Source: Clostridia bacterium
GTDB lineage: Bacteria; Bacillota; Clostridia; Oscillospirales; CAG-272
Assembly: GCA_017452335.1 (NCBI GenBank)
Contig: JAFTMP010000026.1
Coordinates: 1 to 34,765 of the forward strand
DNA: 34,765 nt
Reading direction: 5' to 3'
Shown: one piece after another, positions 23,960 to 32,733 of the stretch
Layout of the letters: every line of letters begins with the position of its first letter
Position numbering within the stretch: position 1 is the stretch's first letter
The notes under the pieces: generated by a model
Databases searched by the model: none
Told to the model about the DNA's origin: nothing
Seen by the model: only the letters and a program-made list of their open reading frames with translations
Program-made: the position numbers and the translations under genes

Positions 23960-24826
23960 TTATCCAAAAAGAAAGAGATGCACATAAGACATATATTCTC
24001 TGACGGTATATAAAAACTCTAAGAAGGGATAAGGGGAGGCGCTTGAGACGGTTGCGCAGTCTGCAAGTCCGTTTCGATGCCCCAGGAGCAAAATGCGCGG
24101 TGTGTGAAAACCGCTGGACACAAAGATGAAGGAGCAGTTTTCGGGGTCATAGCCTTTATTTTTCAAAACTTCTATGGAATAAGCCATGTTTTCTGCAGTA
24201 TTGGTGGAGCGTTCTTCCGTAAAAATACGGTTGCCGTCAATGCCTGCTCCCACCAAGACCTCCTTCATTTTCGCCGATTCGGGCATGGGCTCATTGTCTC
24301 CTTGCCCGCCTGCCGTGATGCAAATGGCATCGGGATGCTCTTCAAGCACCGCCGCGGCTGTTTTGAGCCGCTCGGAAAGCTCGGCGCTCAGCCGTCCGTC
24401 CATGTGTACTTGACAGCCAAACACGATCACCACCGGTTGTTTTTCGCTTTCCTTAAAGGCGGTATCTTGTGCTGTGTGAATTGCCACGCAAAAGATCAAA
24501 AAAGAGACCATGTAAAAGCACATTCCGCCGCACCAAATGCTTTTTAGGGGCGTATACGCCTTTTTGAGTAGCTTTTTGAGGGGATGGCGAAAGAGCACGG
24601 GCATCAGTACGCAGAAAAACACCAATAACGAGGCGGCGGTATCTGCCCCGTGTCCTCTTGGTGCGTGCCAGGCAAAATAGGGCAGATACATGGCGAGAAA
24701 AAATGCGCCCGACAGGATACAAAGAGCGTTGAATATCTTCGATTTGCCGCTTTTTTTCTTGGCGTATTCCTCGGGAGGAGCAAAAAAACGGGAAAGAGCG
24801 CTTTTGACGCTATTAAAAAATTTCAT
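23960..24826 (-). CDS. DUF218 (YdcF/SanA/ElyC family) membrane-anchored protein
   Basis: 288 aa. N-terminal TM helices, then VVIVFGCQVHMDGRLSAELSERL...SAKMKEVL...EERSTNTAENMAYS...FIFVSSGFHTPR, typical of DUF218. Confidence 0.7.
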   Translation of the reverse strand: MKFFNSVKSALSRFFAPPEEYAKKKSGKSKIFNALCILSGAFFLAMYLPYFAWHAPRGHGADTAASLLVFFCVLMPVLFRHPLKKLLKKAYTPLKSIWCGGMCFYMVSFLIFCVAIHTAQDTAFKESEKQPVVIVFGCQVHMDGRLSAELSERLKTAAAVLEEHPDAICITAGGQGDNEPMPESAKMKEVLVGAGIDGNRIFTEERSTNTAENMAYSIEVLKNKGYDPENCSFIFVSSGFHTPRILLLGHRNGLADCATVSSASPYPFLEFLYTVREYMSYVHLFLFG

Positions 24827-24854
24827 TCTGTGGGTTGATCCTTTCGGAAAAGAG

Positions 24855-24877
24855 GGGCGGGTGTTTTAGACCCGCCC
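24855..24877 (-). terminator. Rho-independent terminator after hydA
   Basis: Stem gggcgggt (24855-24862) / acccgccc (24870-24877) with a 7-nt loop. T-rich runs flank it on both strands. It lies 16 nt after the hydA stop. Confidence 0.7.
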
Positions 24878-24892
24878 TGATGTTTTTTATTC

Positions 24893-26635
24893 TTACAGTC
24901 CTCTCTTAATGTAGGAGGTATGCAAAATCTCATGTGCCTTGTGGCTGTTGGGCTCTCCGAAATACTCATCGTACAGCTTCTTTACTGCGCTGTTTTCATG
25001 AGACTTTCTAAGATCCATCTTGGCATCTGCAGTATAGAGCACAGATGCACGCAGAGCTCTCAAGTCTACGTTGTTTCTTACTACAGCGGGCTGGTAAGGC
25101 TGACCGCCGCCGTTGACGCATCCGCCGGGGCAAGCCATCACTTCAATGAAGTCTGCCTTGATCTCGCCCGACTGAACGCCCTTCAACAGCTTCTTTGCAT
25201 TACCGGTGCCGCTGGTAACTGCCACGTTCACGGTCAGATCGCCCAGCTTATAGCTTGCCAGCTTGATGCCCTCGGTACCTCTCACGTCCTCAAACTCCAG
25301 CTTTTCAAGAGGCTGACCCAAGATCACTTCTGCTGCGGTACGCAGTGCCGCTTCCATAACACCGCCGGTTGCACCGAAGATCACGCCGGCACCGGAGCCG
25401 ATATCGAAGGGATCGTCAAACTTTTCGTCATCCATTGCCTTGAAGTCTATGCCTGCCTGCTTGATCATTCTGCCAAGCTCTCTGGTGGTGATGGCGATAT
25501 CCACATCGGGTACGCCTGCCGCGCTCTGGTCGGGACGGTTTACCTCAAACTTCTTTGCAGTGCAGGGGATAGCAGACACGAATACGATATCCTCGGGATT
25601 CAGACCCATCTTCTGTGCGTAGTAGGTTTTATACAGTGCACCGAACATCTGCTGAGGAGACTTGCAGGTAGAGAGATTTTCGGTCATCTCGGGGAAGTAG
25701 TGCTCGCAGTACTTGATCCAACCGGGGGAGCAGGAGGTGATGAGCGGCAGAGGTCCGCCGTTCTTCACTCTGGAGAGGAACTCCGTTGCTTCTTCCATAA
25801 TGGTCAGGTCGGCAGTCAGGTTCATATCGTAAACGCCGTCAAAGCCCAGTGCCTTGGTAGCGGCAACCATCTTGCCCTCGCAGTCTGTGCCGGGCTCGTA
25901 GCCGAAGCACTCACCGATCTGTGCACGCACAGAAGGAGCCATGCAGATGGCAACGTGCTTGGTGGGATCTGCGATTGCTTCAAATACCTTTGCGGTGTCA
26001 TCTCTTTCACTCAGCGCACCGGTGGGGCATGCCACCACGCACTGTCCGCAGTTGATGCAGGAGGTCTCTGCCAAGGGCAGGTCAAAGGTACAGCCGATTA
26101 CAGTATCAAATCCGCGGTTGTTTGCACCGATCACGCCGATTCCCTGTACCTTTTCGCAGGTAGCGGAGCAACGGCGGCAAAGGATACATTTGCTGTTGTC
26201 GCGGATGATGGAAAGGGAAGAATTGTCGATCTTGGTTTCGGTTTTTGCGCCTGCGAACTTATCCTCATCCACACCGTATTCATTGCAAAGCTGCTGCAGC
26301 TCGCAGGTGGTGGAACGGGGGCAGGACAGACATTTCTTGTTGTGGTTGGATAAGAGCAGCTCCAGATTCATCTTTCTGTTTCTGCGGATCGCGGGAGATT
26401 CGGTCACGATCTCGGTGCCGTCTCTTTCAATGGGATATACGCAGGCTGCAACCAGTCCTCTTGCGCCCTTTACCTCTACCAGACACAGACGGCATGCGCC
26501 GATCTCGTTGATGTCCTTGAGATAGCAAAGGGTGGGAATGTTGATGTTTGCCATTCTTGCGGCTTCAAGAACAGTGGTACCGTAGGGAACCTGCAGTTCT
26601 TTGCCGTTGATCTTAATATTAAGCATCTGTTCCAT
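24893..26635 (-). CDS. hydA: [FeFe]-hydrogenase catalytic subunit, HydABC/Hnd (NADH plus ferredoxin, bifurcating) type
   Basis: 580 aa. N-terminal 2Fe-2S domain (CYLKDINEIGACRLC), His/Cys and 2x[4Fe-4S] domains, and H-cluster motifs TSCSPGW, PCTAKKFE and EVMACPGGCVNGGGQP. Sits in an operon with NuoE/NuoF-like subunits. Confidence 0.9.
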   Translation of the reverse strand: MEQMLNIKINGKELQVPYGTTVLEAARMANINIPTLCYLKDINEIGACRLCLVEVKGARGLVAACVYPIERDGTEIVTESPAIRRNRKMNLELLLSNHNKKCLSCPRSTTCELQQLCNEYGVDEDKFAGAKTETKIDNSSLSIIRDNSKCILCRRCSATCEKVQGIGVIGANNRGFDTVIGCTFDLPLAETSCINCGQCVVACPTGALSERDDTAKVFEAIADPTKHVAICMAPSVRAQIGECFGYEPGTDCEGKMVAATKALGFDGVYDMNLTADLTIMEEATEFLSRVKNGGPLPLITSCSPGWIKYCEHYFPEMTENLSTCKSPQQMFGALYKTYYAQKMGLNPEDIVFVSAIPCTAKKFEVNRPDQSAAGVPDVDIAITTRELGRMIKQAGIDFKAMDDEKFDDPFDIGSGAGVIFGATGGVMEAALRTAAEVILGQPLEKLEFEDVRGTEGIKLASYKLGDLTVNVAVTSGTGNAKKLLKGVQSGEIKADFIEVMACPGGCVNGGGQPYQPAVVRNNVDLRALRASVLYTADAKMDLRKSHENSAVKKLYDEYFGEPNSHKAHEILHTSYIKRGL

Positions 26636-26651
26636 GATCTATCTTCTCCTT

Positions 26652-28448
26652 TTACTTCTTGACGATGGCGCCGAACTTACAGTTGCTGATACATACGCCG
26701 CACTTGATACACTTGGAGACGTCGATGGTATGTGCTTCCTTCACAGAGCCGCTGATTGCTGCAACGGGACATTTTCTTGCACAAAGCGTACAGCCCTTAC
26801 ATTTGTCAGCGATGATCTCATAGTGCAGCAGCGACTTACAAACGCCTGCGGGACATTTCTTGTCTACCACGTGTGCGATGTACTCGTCTCTGAAGCGATT
26901 CAGCGTAGAAAGAACGGGGTTGGGTGCCGTCTGTCCCAGACCGCACAGCGATGCGCTCTTGATGTATTTTGCCAGCTCTTCCATTTCATCCAGATCGGAC
27001 AGCTCGCCCTTACCTGCAATGATCTTGTCAAGGATCTCCAGCAGTCTCTTTGTACCAATACGGCAGGGTGTACATTTACCGCAGGATTCATCAACGGTAA
27101 AGTCAAGGAAGAAGCGGGCAATATCTACCATACAGGTATCTTCGTCCATAACGATCAGACCGCCCGAGCCCATCATCGAGCCGATGGCAACCAGGTTGTC
27201 GTAGTCGATGGGGGTGTCGATCAGACTTGCGGGAATGCATCCGCCGGAAGGACCGCCGGTCTGTGCTGCCTTAAACTTCTTGCCGTTGGGGATGCCGCCG
27301 CCGATCTCCTCTACGACCTCGCGCAGAGTGGTACCCATGGGCACTTCTACAAGACCGGTGTGCTTGATCTTACCACCCAGTGCAAATACCTTGGTACCCT
27401 TGGATTTTTCAGTACCCATGGAAGCAAACCACTGAGGACCGTTTAAGATGATCTGGGTGATATTTGCGTAGGTTTCTACGTTGTTGAGAATGGTAGGCTT
27501 GCCAAACAGACCCTTTACAGCAGGGAAGGGAGGACGGGGACGGGGCTCGCCGCGGTTACCCTCAATAGAGGTCATCAGCGCGGTTTCCTCGCCGCACACG
27601 AACGCACCTGCGCCAAGGCGCAGCTTTATGTCAAAGTTAAAGCCCGTTCCAAAGATGTTATCGCCCAGCAGTCCGTACTCATGTGCCTGCTTGATGGCAA
27701 CTTCCAAGCGGTGAATTGCAATGGGATACTCTGCGCGCACGTAAATATAGCCTTCGTTGGCACCGATGGCATAGCCTGCAATTGCCATTGCTTCAAGAAC
27801 GGTATGGGGGTCGCCTTCCAGAATGGAACGGTCCATGAACGCACCGGGGTCGCCCTCGTCTGCATTACAGCAAACGTACTTCTGCACGTTGCCTCTGTTG
27901 CCCGAAGCAAATTTCCACTTTAAACCGGTGGGGAATCCGCCGCCGCCTCTGCCGCGCAGACCGGAATCCAAAACAGTCTGGATGACCTGATCGGGGGTCA
28001 TTTCAGTCAGTACCTTGCCCAGTGCCTGGTAGCCGTCAACACCGATGTATTCTTCGATGTTCTCGGGGTCGATCACGCCGCAGTTGCGCAGAGCGATTCT
28101 CTTCTGCTTTTTATAAAAGCTTGTTTCAGACAGCGATTTTACTTCGTCGGTGCCCTCCTGCAGGGTTTCATTATAAACCAGTCTGCGCACCACTCTACCC
28201 TTTAAAAGGTGCTCGGAAACGATTTCGGGAACATCCTCCACCGTTACTCTGCTGTAGAAGGTGCCTTCGGGATAAACGATCATGATGGGACCCAGCTCGC
28301 AAAGTCCGAAGCATCCGGTCTGAACGACCTTTATTTCTTGCGTAAGTCCCGCATTAGCGATTTCGTTTTCAAGCGAGGTACGGATATTTACGCTGCCCGA
28401 TGCCGAACAACCGGTACCACCGCAGATCAGTACATGTGAACGAATCAT
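26652..28448 (-). CDS. hydB: NuoF-like NADH/FMN subunit of bifurcating hydrogenase
   Basis: 598 aa. N-terminal thioredoxin-like 2Fe-2S domain, GGGGFPTGLKW, CNADEGDPGAFMDR, ESCGKCTPCR, and two C-terminal ferredoxin motifs. Confidence 0.9.
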   Translation of the reverse strand: MIRSHVLICGGTGCSASGSVNIRTSLENEIANAGLTQEIKVVQTGCFGLCELGPIMIVYPEGTFYSRVTVEDVPEIVSEHLLKGRVVRRLVYNETLQEGTDEVKSLSETSFYKKQKRIALRNCGVIDPENIEEYIGVDGYQALGKVLTEMTPDQVIQTVLDSGLRGRGGGGFPTGLKWKFASGNRGNVQKYVCCNADEGDPGAFMDRSILEGDPHTVLEAMAIAGYAIGANEGYIYVRAEYPIAIHRLEVAIKQAHEYGLLGDNIFGTGFNFDIKLRLGAGAFVCGEETALMTSIEGNRGEPRPRPPFPAVKGLFGKPTILNNVETYANITQIILNGPQWFASMGTEKSKGTKVFALGGKIKHTGLVEVPMGTTLREVVEEIGGGIPNGKKFKAAQTGGPSGGCIPASLIDTPIDYDNLVAIGSMMGSGGLIVMDEDTCMVDIARFFLDFTVDESCGKCTPCRIGTKRLLEILDKIIAGKGELSDLDEMEELAKYIKSASLCGLGQTAPNPVLSTLNRFRDEYIAHVVDKKCPAGVCKSLLHYEIIADKCKGCTLCARKCPVAAISGSVKEAHTIDVSKCIKCGVCISNCKFGAIVKK

Positions 28449-28512
28449 GTTTTAAGTCCTTGCCTTTCCTGTTTACGGAAAAACTTCCTTTCTTTATTTA
28501 TAAATAGTTGTA

Positions 28513-28875
28513 TTACAGTTCTCCGATGGTGTAGTCGGTCAGCACTTTGCCGTTGAGGATATGCGCTTCAATAACTTCTTTTGCCTTTTCGGGCGTCATC
28601 TTCACGTAAGTGGTCTTTTCGTCGCCGTGGAAGACCTCGAAAATGGGCTCATACTGGCAGAGTCCGATGCAACCTGTCTGGGAAACGTGAACCTGTCCTT
28701 CCAAACCCTTTGCGGTGATCTCCTCAAGCAGTGCGTTCATAACGGGTCTTGCGCCTGCCGCGATGCCGCAGGTTGCCATACCCACAACGATACGGTAATT
28801 GCTCTCGCCCTCACGAAGAGCAACCTTGTTTTTCATGCGCTCGCGAATTGCGCTGAGTTCTGCTAATGTTTTCAT
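28513..28875 (-). CDS. HndB-like thioredoxin-fold 2Fe-2S ferredoxin subunit
   Basis: 120 aa. VGMATCGIAAGA...SQTGCIGLCQYEP. Confidence 0.75.
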   Translation of the reverse strand: MKTLAELSAIRERMKNKVALREGESNYRIVVGMATCGIAAGARPVMNALLEEITAKGLEGQVHVSQTGCIGLCQYEPIFEVFHGDEKTTYVKMTPEKAKEVIEAHILNGKVLTDYTIGEL

Positions 28876-28938
28876 GACGGTGTGATCCTTTCATTATTGG
28901 TGTTATATGTGAATTTTCATAAATTAAGACTTAATTGC

Positions 28939-29490
28939 TTATAGTGCCCCTTCCATATCCGTAAGGTATTCCCGCACAAAGGCAAGCACCTCGGGCTCTG
29001 ATAAGGGGATATCGGCGCCTAACTGCTCGTGCAGATCGTCGGTATCCAAATAGCTTTCCTTGCCGTCCTTATGGTGGCGGTAGATATACCGCGGCGAAAA
29101 GGGCGCGCCTTGGATGAGCAGGACGATGGTGGATACGATGTCGCCAAGGGGCGGACAGTCGATATTGTCTGTATAAAAGCGGGCACACAGGGTCGTGCCA
29201 TGATCCTCATGCTCCTGTTCGTGCTTTGACACGATGGATAAAGACCCGCCTGTCTGCTCCGCCGCCATTTTTAAAAGCGGCAGCCCCAGCCCCACCTTGC
29301 GGGTGGTTCTGGTGGTGGTGAAGGGATCAAGGACGCCCGCAAGGAAATCCTGTTTCATTCCGTGACCGTTATCCTTCACGGTCAGCGTAAGAAGCGGTCC
29401 TTGCTCATGAATGGTGATCTCAATGATGTCGGCGTTTGCCCGCACCGAATTTTGTACGATATCTAAAATATTCAGCGACAGTTCTTTCAT
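28939..29490 (-). CDS. GHKL/histidine-kinase-like ATPase domain protein (no DHp/His domain)
   Basis: 183 aa. N-box NILDIVQNSVRA, G1 DNGHGM, G2 GLGLPLL. ATGA overlap with the downstream PHP gene. Confidence 0.7.
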   Translation of the reverse strand: MKELSLNILDIVQNSVRANADIIEITIHEQGPLLTLTVKDNGHGMKQDFLAGVLDPFTTTRTTRKVGLGLPLLKMAAEQTGGSLSIVSKHEQEHEDHGTTLCARFYTDNIDCPPLGDIVSTIVLLIQGAPFSPRYIYRHHKDGKESYLDTDDLHEQLGADIPLSEPEVLAFVREYLTDMEGAL

Positions 29491-30233
29491 AACGCTCCTT
29501 GGGGCTTTGCCAATTTTTTAATAAGGCTGATGCGCAAAAGCGCGGAGCTATAGGGTTCGTCATCCAGCAAGAGGGAATGTTCTCCGTCTTTGATCTGTAA
29601 AAGACTGTGTGCATCGGAGCAGCAAAGCTGGGTCAGTGCACCAAGATGGGGAAAGCGTTCAAGATACTCTTGCTTTTTGTCTTGATCGTGCAGCTCATAG
29701 CACCCAAATTGTATTTCAGGCGGAAACCCGCCAAGGATGGCAGGAAGCCCTCCCGAAGGACGGTCAATATGTGCCGGATAGCAGATACCGCCGTGCCGTT
29801 TGACTAAGGCAGGAACCTCCATGAGTGAAATATCGGTTGCGGCGGGCAGATACCAGGGATCACTTCCGATCACCCGATCCTCCCCGTCAAAGACTAACTG
29901 CTCTCCGAAAATTTCCGCACGGTTTTCGATCCTCATGCGCCGTTTCTTGACTGTTTCATCAAATTCCAGCGCCGCTTCAAGGGTGGGAAAGAGACAAACG
30001 ATGTGAATTTCCTCGGCTGTAGTCAGCTCCATTCCGCCCACAGGCACCACGCCGTAGCGCTTGCACGCCTCAAAAAAGGCGGGGCAGTTGGCACAGGTGT
30101 TGTGATCGGTGAGTGCCCCGATGGCAATACCTGCGAGACTTAAAAATCCTGCGATATTGTTTGGGGTCATCTCGTTGTCGCCGCAGGGCGAAAGGGCAGA
30201 GTGGATGTGCAGATCGTAGGTATAACGGTTCAT
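29487..30233 (-). CDS. PHP-domain metal-dependent phosphoesterase
   Basis: 248 aa from ATG 30233 (ATGA overlap with the upstream DRTGG gene). YDLHIHSALSPCGD...ALTDHNT...CSDAH are PHP His/Asp motifs. The 64-codon upstream extension in the ORF track overlaps the DRTGG gene out of frame. Confidence 0.75.
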   Translation of the reverse strand: MNRYTYDLHIHSALSPCGDNEMTPNNIAGFLSLAGIAIGALTDHNTCANCPAFFEACKRYGVVPVGGMELTTAEEIHIVCLFPTLEAALEFDETVKKRRMRIENRAEIFGEQLVFDGEDRVIGSDPWYLPAATDISLMEVPALVKRHGGICYPAHIDRPSGGLPAILGGFPPEIQFGCYELHDQDKKQEYLERFPHLGALTQLCCSDAHSLLQIKDGEHSLLLDDEPYSSALLRISLIKKLAKPQGAL

Positions 30234-30559
30234 GACAATTGTCCCGCGATCATGGCGCACAGCTCGTAAGCCGAAAGGGGAGAAGAAAGAATGTTTACTT
30301 CCTTTTCTAACGCCTTTTCGATCACCCCGGCATCGGGAGTTACGCCCGCGGCAAGGATCACGCAGGCAACATCGGTCAGCGTTGCCACTGCCACGATGTT
30401 TAAATTGGACATGATCGTTACCCAAGCATCCCCTTCTTGTGCTGTACCCATGACAAAGCTGAGCAGGTCACCGGTATATCCCGAGGACACTTCCTTTTCG
30501 GGCAGGGGCATAGAAAGAATTTTAAGATCCAGTTCCTTTTGCAGTTGTGCAACTGTCAT
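30230..30559 (-). CDS. DRTGG-domain protein (second copy)
   Basis: 109 aa. Paralogous to 32344-32694 (GDLLSFVMG..., VTIMSNLNIVAVATL...). Strong SD aggagggg. Confidence 0.65.
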   Translation of the reverse strand: MTVAQLQKELDLKILSMPLPEKEVSSGYTGDLLSFVMGTAQEGDAWVTIMSNLNIVAVATLTDVACVILAAGVTPDAGVIEKALEKEVNILSSPLSAYELCAMIAGQLS

Positions 30560-30571
30560 AACCCCTCCTGA

Positions 30572-31885
30572 TTATTCCTTTTCAAAATTTCTGTAGTCGA
30601 TTCTTTTGGCAAGATCTTCGATCAGCGCCCGCATATTGACGATACACTCGTCCTCGGTCACCTCGCCCTTTACCACGTCCTCCGCAAAGGAGCGACAGGT
30701 AGGAGAGCCACAGGAGCCGCAGTCATGATCGGGAAGCCGCGCATAAATGCGCTCGATCCTTGCCATTTTATCCATCGCTTCATCAAAGGTATCTCCAAGT
30801 GCCTTGGCAGGCTCATAGGTGAAGGGATCGGGACGGCAGACCTCCTCGGGAATGAAGAGCTCATCTTGACCGTCTTCCTTACGAAGCATGGTTCTCGAGA
30901 TCGGCAGGGTGCGTCGAAGATTTGTCAGTCTGGCACCTGCGATATAGGGGTTTTCAACTGTCAGCACTCCGCCCGTGCAACCGGCGTTGCAGGCGTTGAG
31001 CTCGATGAATTCCAACTCTGACAGTGACCCGTCTTCCAGGTGATCCAACACTCTGATAACGTTTTCAATACCGTCTGCTGCCAAATACTTTTCATTGAAC
31101 AGCGCGGTAGATTCTCCGCCCGTGCTTGCCCATCCAACGCCCAGCATGCCCGACTCGGAATAATGGGCAGGAACGATGTCCTGGCGCATTACGCCCAGCA
31201 GGGCGAAATACACCTCGGACATGGATAACACCACATCCACATCGGTCTTGTCGTTTTCCGGACGGTTTTTTACAAAACTGATCTTGGCAGGGCAGGGAGA
31301 AATGAATGCAATACCGATCTGATCGCTCGTGAGTCCGGGGTGCTCCGCGAGCGCCTTTTTTCTTGCCGCCGTTGCCGCCAGCTCCATGGGAGAGCGGATG
31401 GGCAGGAGGTGCTCACAAAGACCGGGATAGCGCAGGCTGATGAGTCTTGAAACCGCAGGACAGGCAGAGCTGATCACGGGAAGCTTTACGCCCGGTTTCT
31501 TCAAATACCGTCTGGTATATGCTGTCACAGCTTCCGCCGCACGGCTGACCTCGTAAACCTCGTCAAAGCCAATGCGGTGCAGTCCGTCGATCAAATAGTC
31601 GAGATCCTCCAGGTTGTTGAATTGCCCGTACAGCGAGGGTGCCGGCAGAGCGATCTTGTATGTATAGGGGTCAAGGACGCTTAGCAGATCGTATTTGGCT
31701 TTTTTTGCTTTGTGTGTGCAGACACGGATGCATTCTCCGCAGTCAATACAGCGGGACGCATCAATTCTGGCGTGCCCACCTCTGATGCGTATGGCCTCGG
31801 TGGGACAGCGCCTTAAACAGTTGGTGCACCCCTTGCATTTGTCCTCGCGCAGGGTCACGCTGTGATTGTAGGTAGCCTTTTCCAT
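30572..31885 (-). CDS. [FeFe]-hydrogenase-like protein with degenerate H-cluster motifs (putative sensory hydrogenase) plus C-terminal 4-Cys FeS domain
   Basis: 437 aa from ATG 31885. N-terminal CKGCTNCLRRCP / CIDCGECIRVC. H-domain motif equivalents SSACPA (in place of TSCCPxW), SPCPAK (in place of MPCxxK) and ELNACNAGCTGG (in place of ExMACxxGCxxGGG). C-terminal CGSCGSPTCRSFAEDV. Confidence 0.75.
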   Translation of the reverse strand: MEKATYNHSVTLREDKCKGCTNCLRRCPTEAIRIRGGHARIDASRCIDCGECIRVCTHKAKKAKYDLLSVLDPYTYKIALPAPSLYGQFNNLEDLDYLIDGLHRIGFDEVYEVSRAAEAVTAYTRRYLKKPGVKLPVISSACPAVSRLISLRYPGLCEHLLPIRSPMELAATAARKKALAEHPGLTSDQIGIAFISPCPAKISFVKNRPENDKTDVDVVLSMSEVYFALLGVMRQDIVPAHYSESGMLGVGWASTGGESTALFNEKYLAADGIENVIRVLDHLEDGSLSELEFIELNACNAGCTGGVLTVENPYIAGARLTNLRRTLPISRTMLRKEDGQDELFIPEEVCRPDPFTYEPAKALGDTFDEAMDKMARIERIYARLPDHDCGSCGSPTCRSFAEDVVKGEVTEDECIVNMRALIEDLAKRIDYRNFEKE

Positions 31886-31918
31886 CTTTATGACCAACTT
31901 TAGTTCATTTTTTAGGCG

Positions 31919-32347
31919 TTACCGATTGACGTTTACCGTCATGGTGATCTTTGTGCCCACACCCACAGTGGTTTCGATCTTCATTTCATCGGTGTTTGCC
32001 TTCATGTTTGGAAGCCCCATGCCGGCACCGAACCCCAGGGAACGGATGCGCTCGGGGGCAGTGGAGAAGCCCTCTTGCATGGCAAGATCTATGTTTGGGA
32101 TTCCGGGACCTTTGTCGTCTAAAACGATCTCGATCTTTTCCGGATAAACGCTTACGGTGGCACAACCTCCGTTTGCGTGGATCACCATGTTGATCTCTCC
32201 TTCGTACATGGCAATGGATACTCTGCGAATGATGTCCTGAGAAAGTCCCAATTGACGAAGGGATTTTTTTACCTTTACCGAGGCTTCGCCCGCCGAGGTA
32301 AAGTTTTCTCCGTCAATGTCGTATCGGTAAACGAGGGGCGCGCTCAC
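31919..32347 (-). CDS. Anti-sigma-factor-type Ser/Thr kinase-like GHKL ATPase (RsbW/SpoIIAB-like)
   Basis: 142 aa. GTG start in a GTGA overlap with the upstream gene. EGEINMVIHA (N-box-like), DDKGPGIPN (G1), GFGAGMGLPNM (G2). Confidence 0.7.
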   Translation of the reverse strand: MSAPLVYRYDIDGENFTSAGEASVKVKKSLRQLGLSQDIIRRVSIAMYEGEINMVIHANGGCATVSVYPEKIEIVLDDKGPGIPNIDLAMQEGFSTAPERIRSLGFGAGMGLPNMKANTDEMKIETTVGVGTKITMTVNVNR

Positions 32348-32694
32348 TGTAAAACGCCGCCCTTCAGTCCCGATTCGTAAATGGTCCCGCAGGCTTCAAA
32401 CATCCGAAGCTCGCTTGCCATAATGACGATCTCGCATTGCTTTGCAAGAGCTAAAATTTCGGGAGTGGGTTTTTTTCCGCGTACAAAAAGGATCGCGCGC
32501 ATATCCATCATTTCGGCAGTGCGTACTACTTGAGGATTTACAAGCCCCGTGATCAAAAGTCCTTGATCCTTTACAAAGGCAAGTACGTCGCTCATCATGT
32601 CACTGCCGCACGCGGAGTGTACTTCGCCGTCAAGAAACTCTTCGCAGCAGTAAACCTGTGCTTTTGCAAGTGCTGCAATTTCTCTGATCTTCAT
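32344..32694 (-). CDS. DRTGG-domain protein (first copy)
   Basis: 116 aa. GSDMMSDVLAF...LLITGLVNPQVVRTAEMMDM... Confidence 0.65.
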   Translation of the reverse strand: MKIREIAALAKAQVYCCEEFLDGEVHSACGSDMMSDVLAFVKDQGLLITGLVNPQVVRTAEMMDMRAILFVRGKKPTPEILALAKQCEIVIMASELRMFEACGTIYESGLKGGVLQ

Positions 32695-32733
32695 GTGAGT
32701 TCTTCCTTTTCGTATGTATTTTTTTATGCAGTC

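Noticed and set aside
31885-31897. Upstream alternative starts suggested by the ORF track: TTG 31897 for the sensory hydrogenase paralogue, 30425 for PHP, 23703 for acpP, 20894 for fabF, 19639 for accB, 13988 for the regulator, 11325 for the NifX-like gene, 33478 for mrp, 5177, 3701 and 1371.
   Set aside because: In most cases an internal ATG with a proper SD, or a start/stop overlap with the preceding gene, matches the family N-terminus better (for 31885 the SD is only weak). The extensions overlap upstream genes or promoters.
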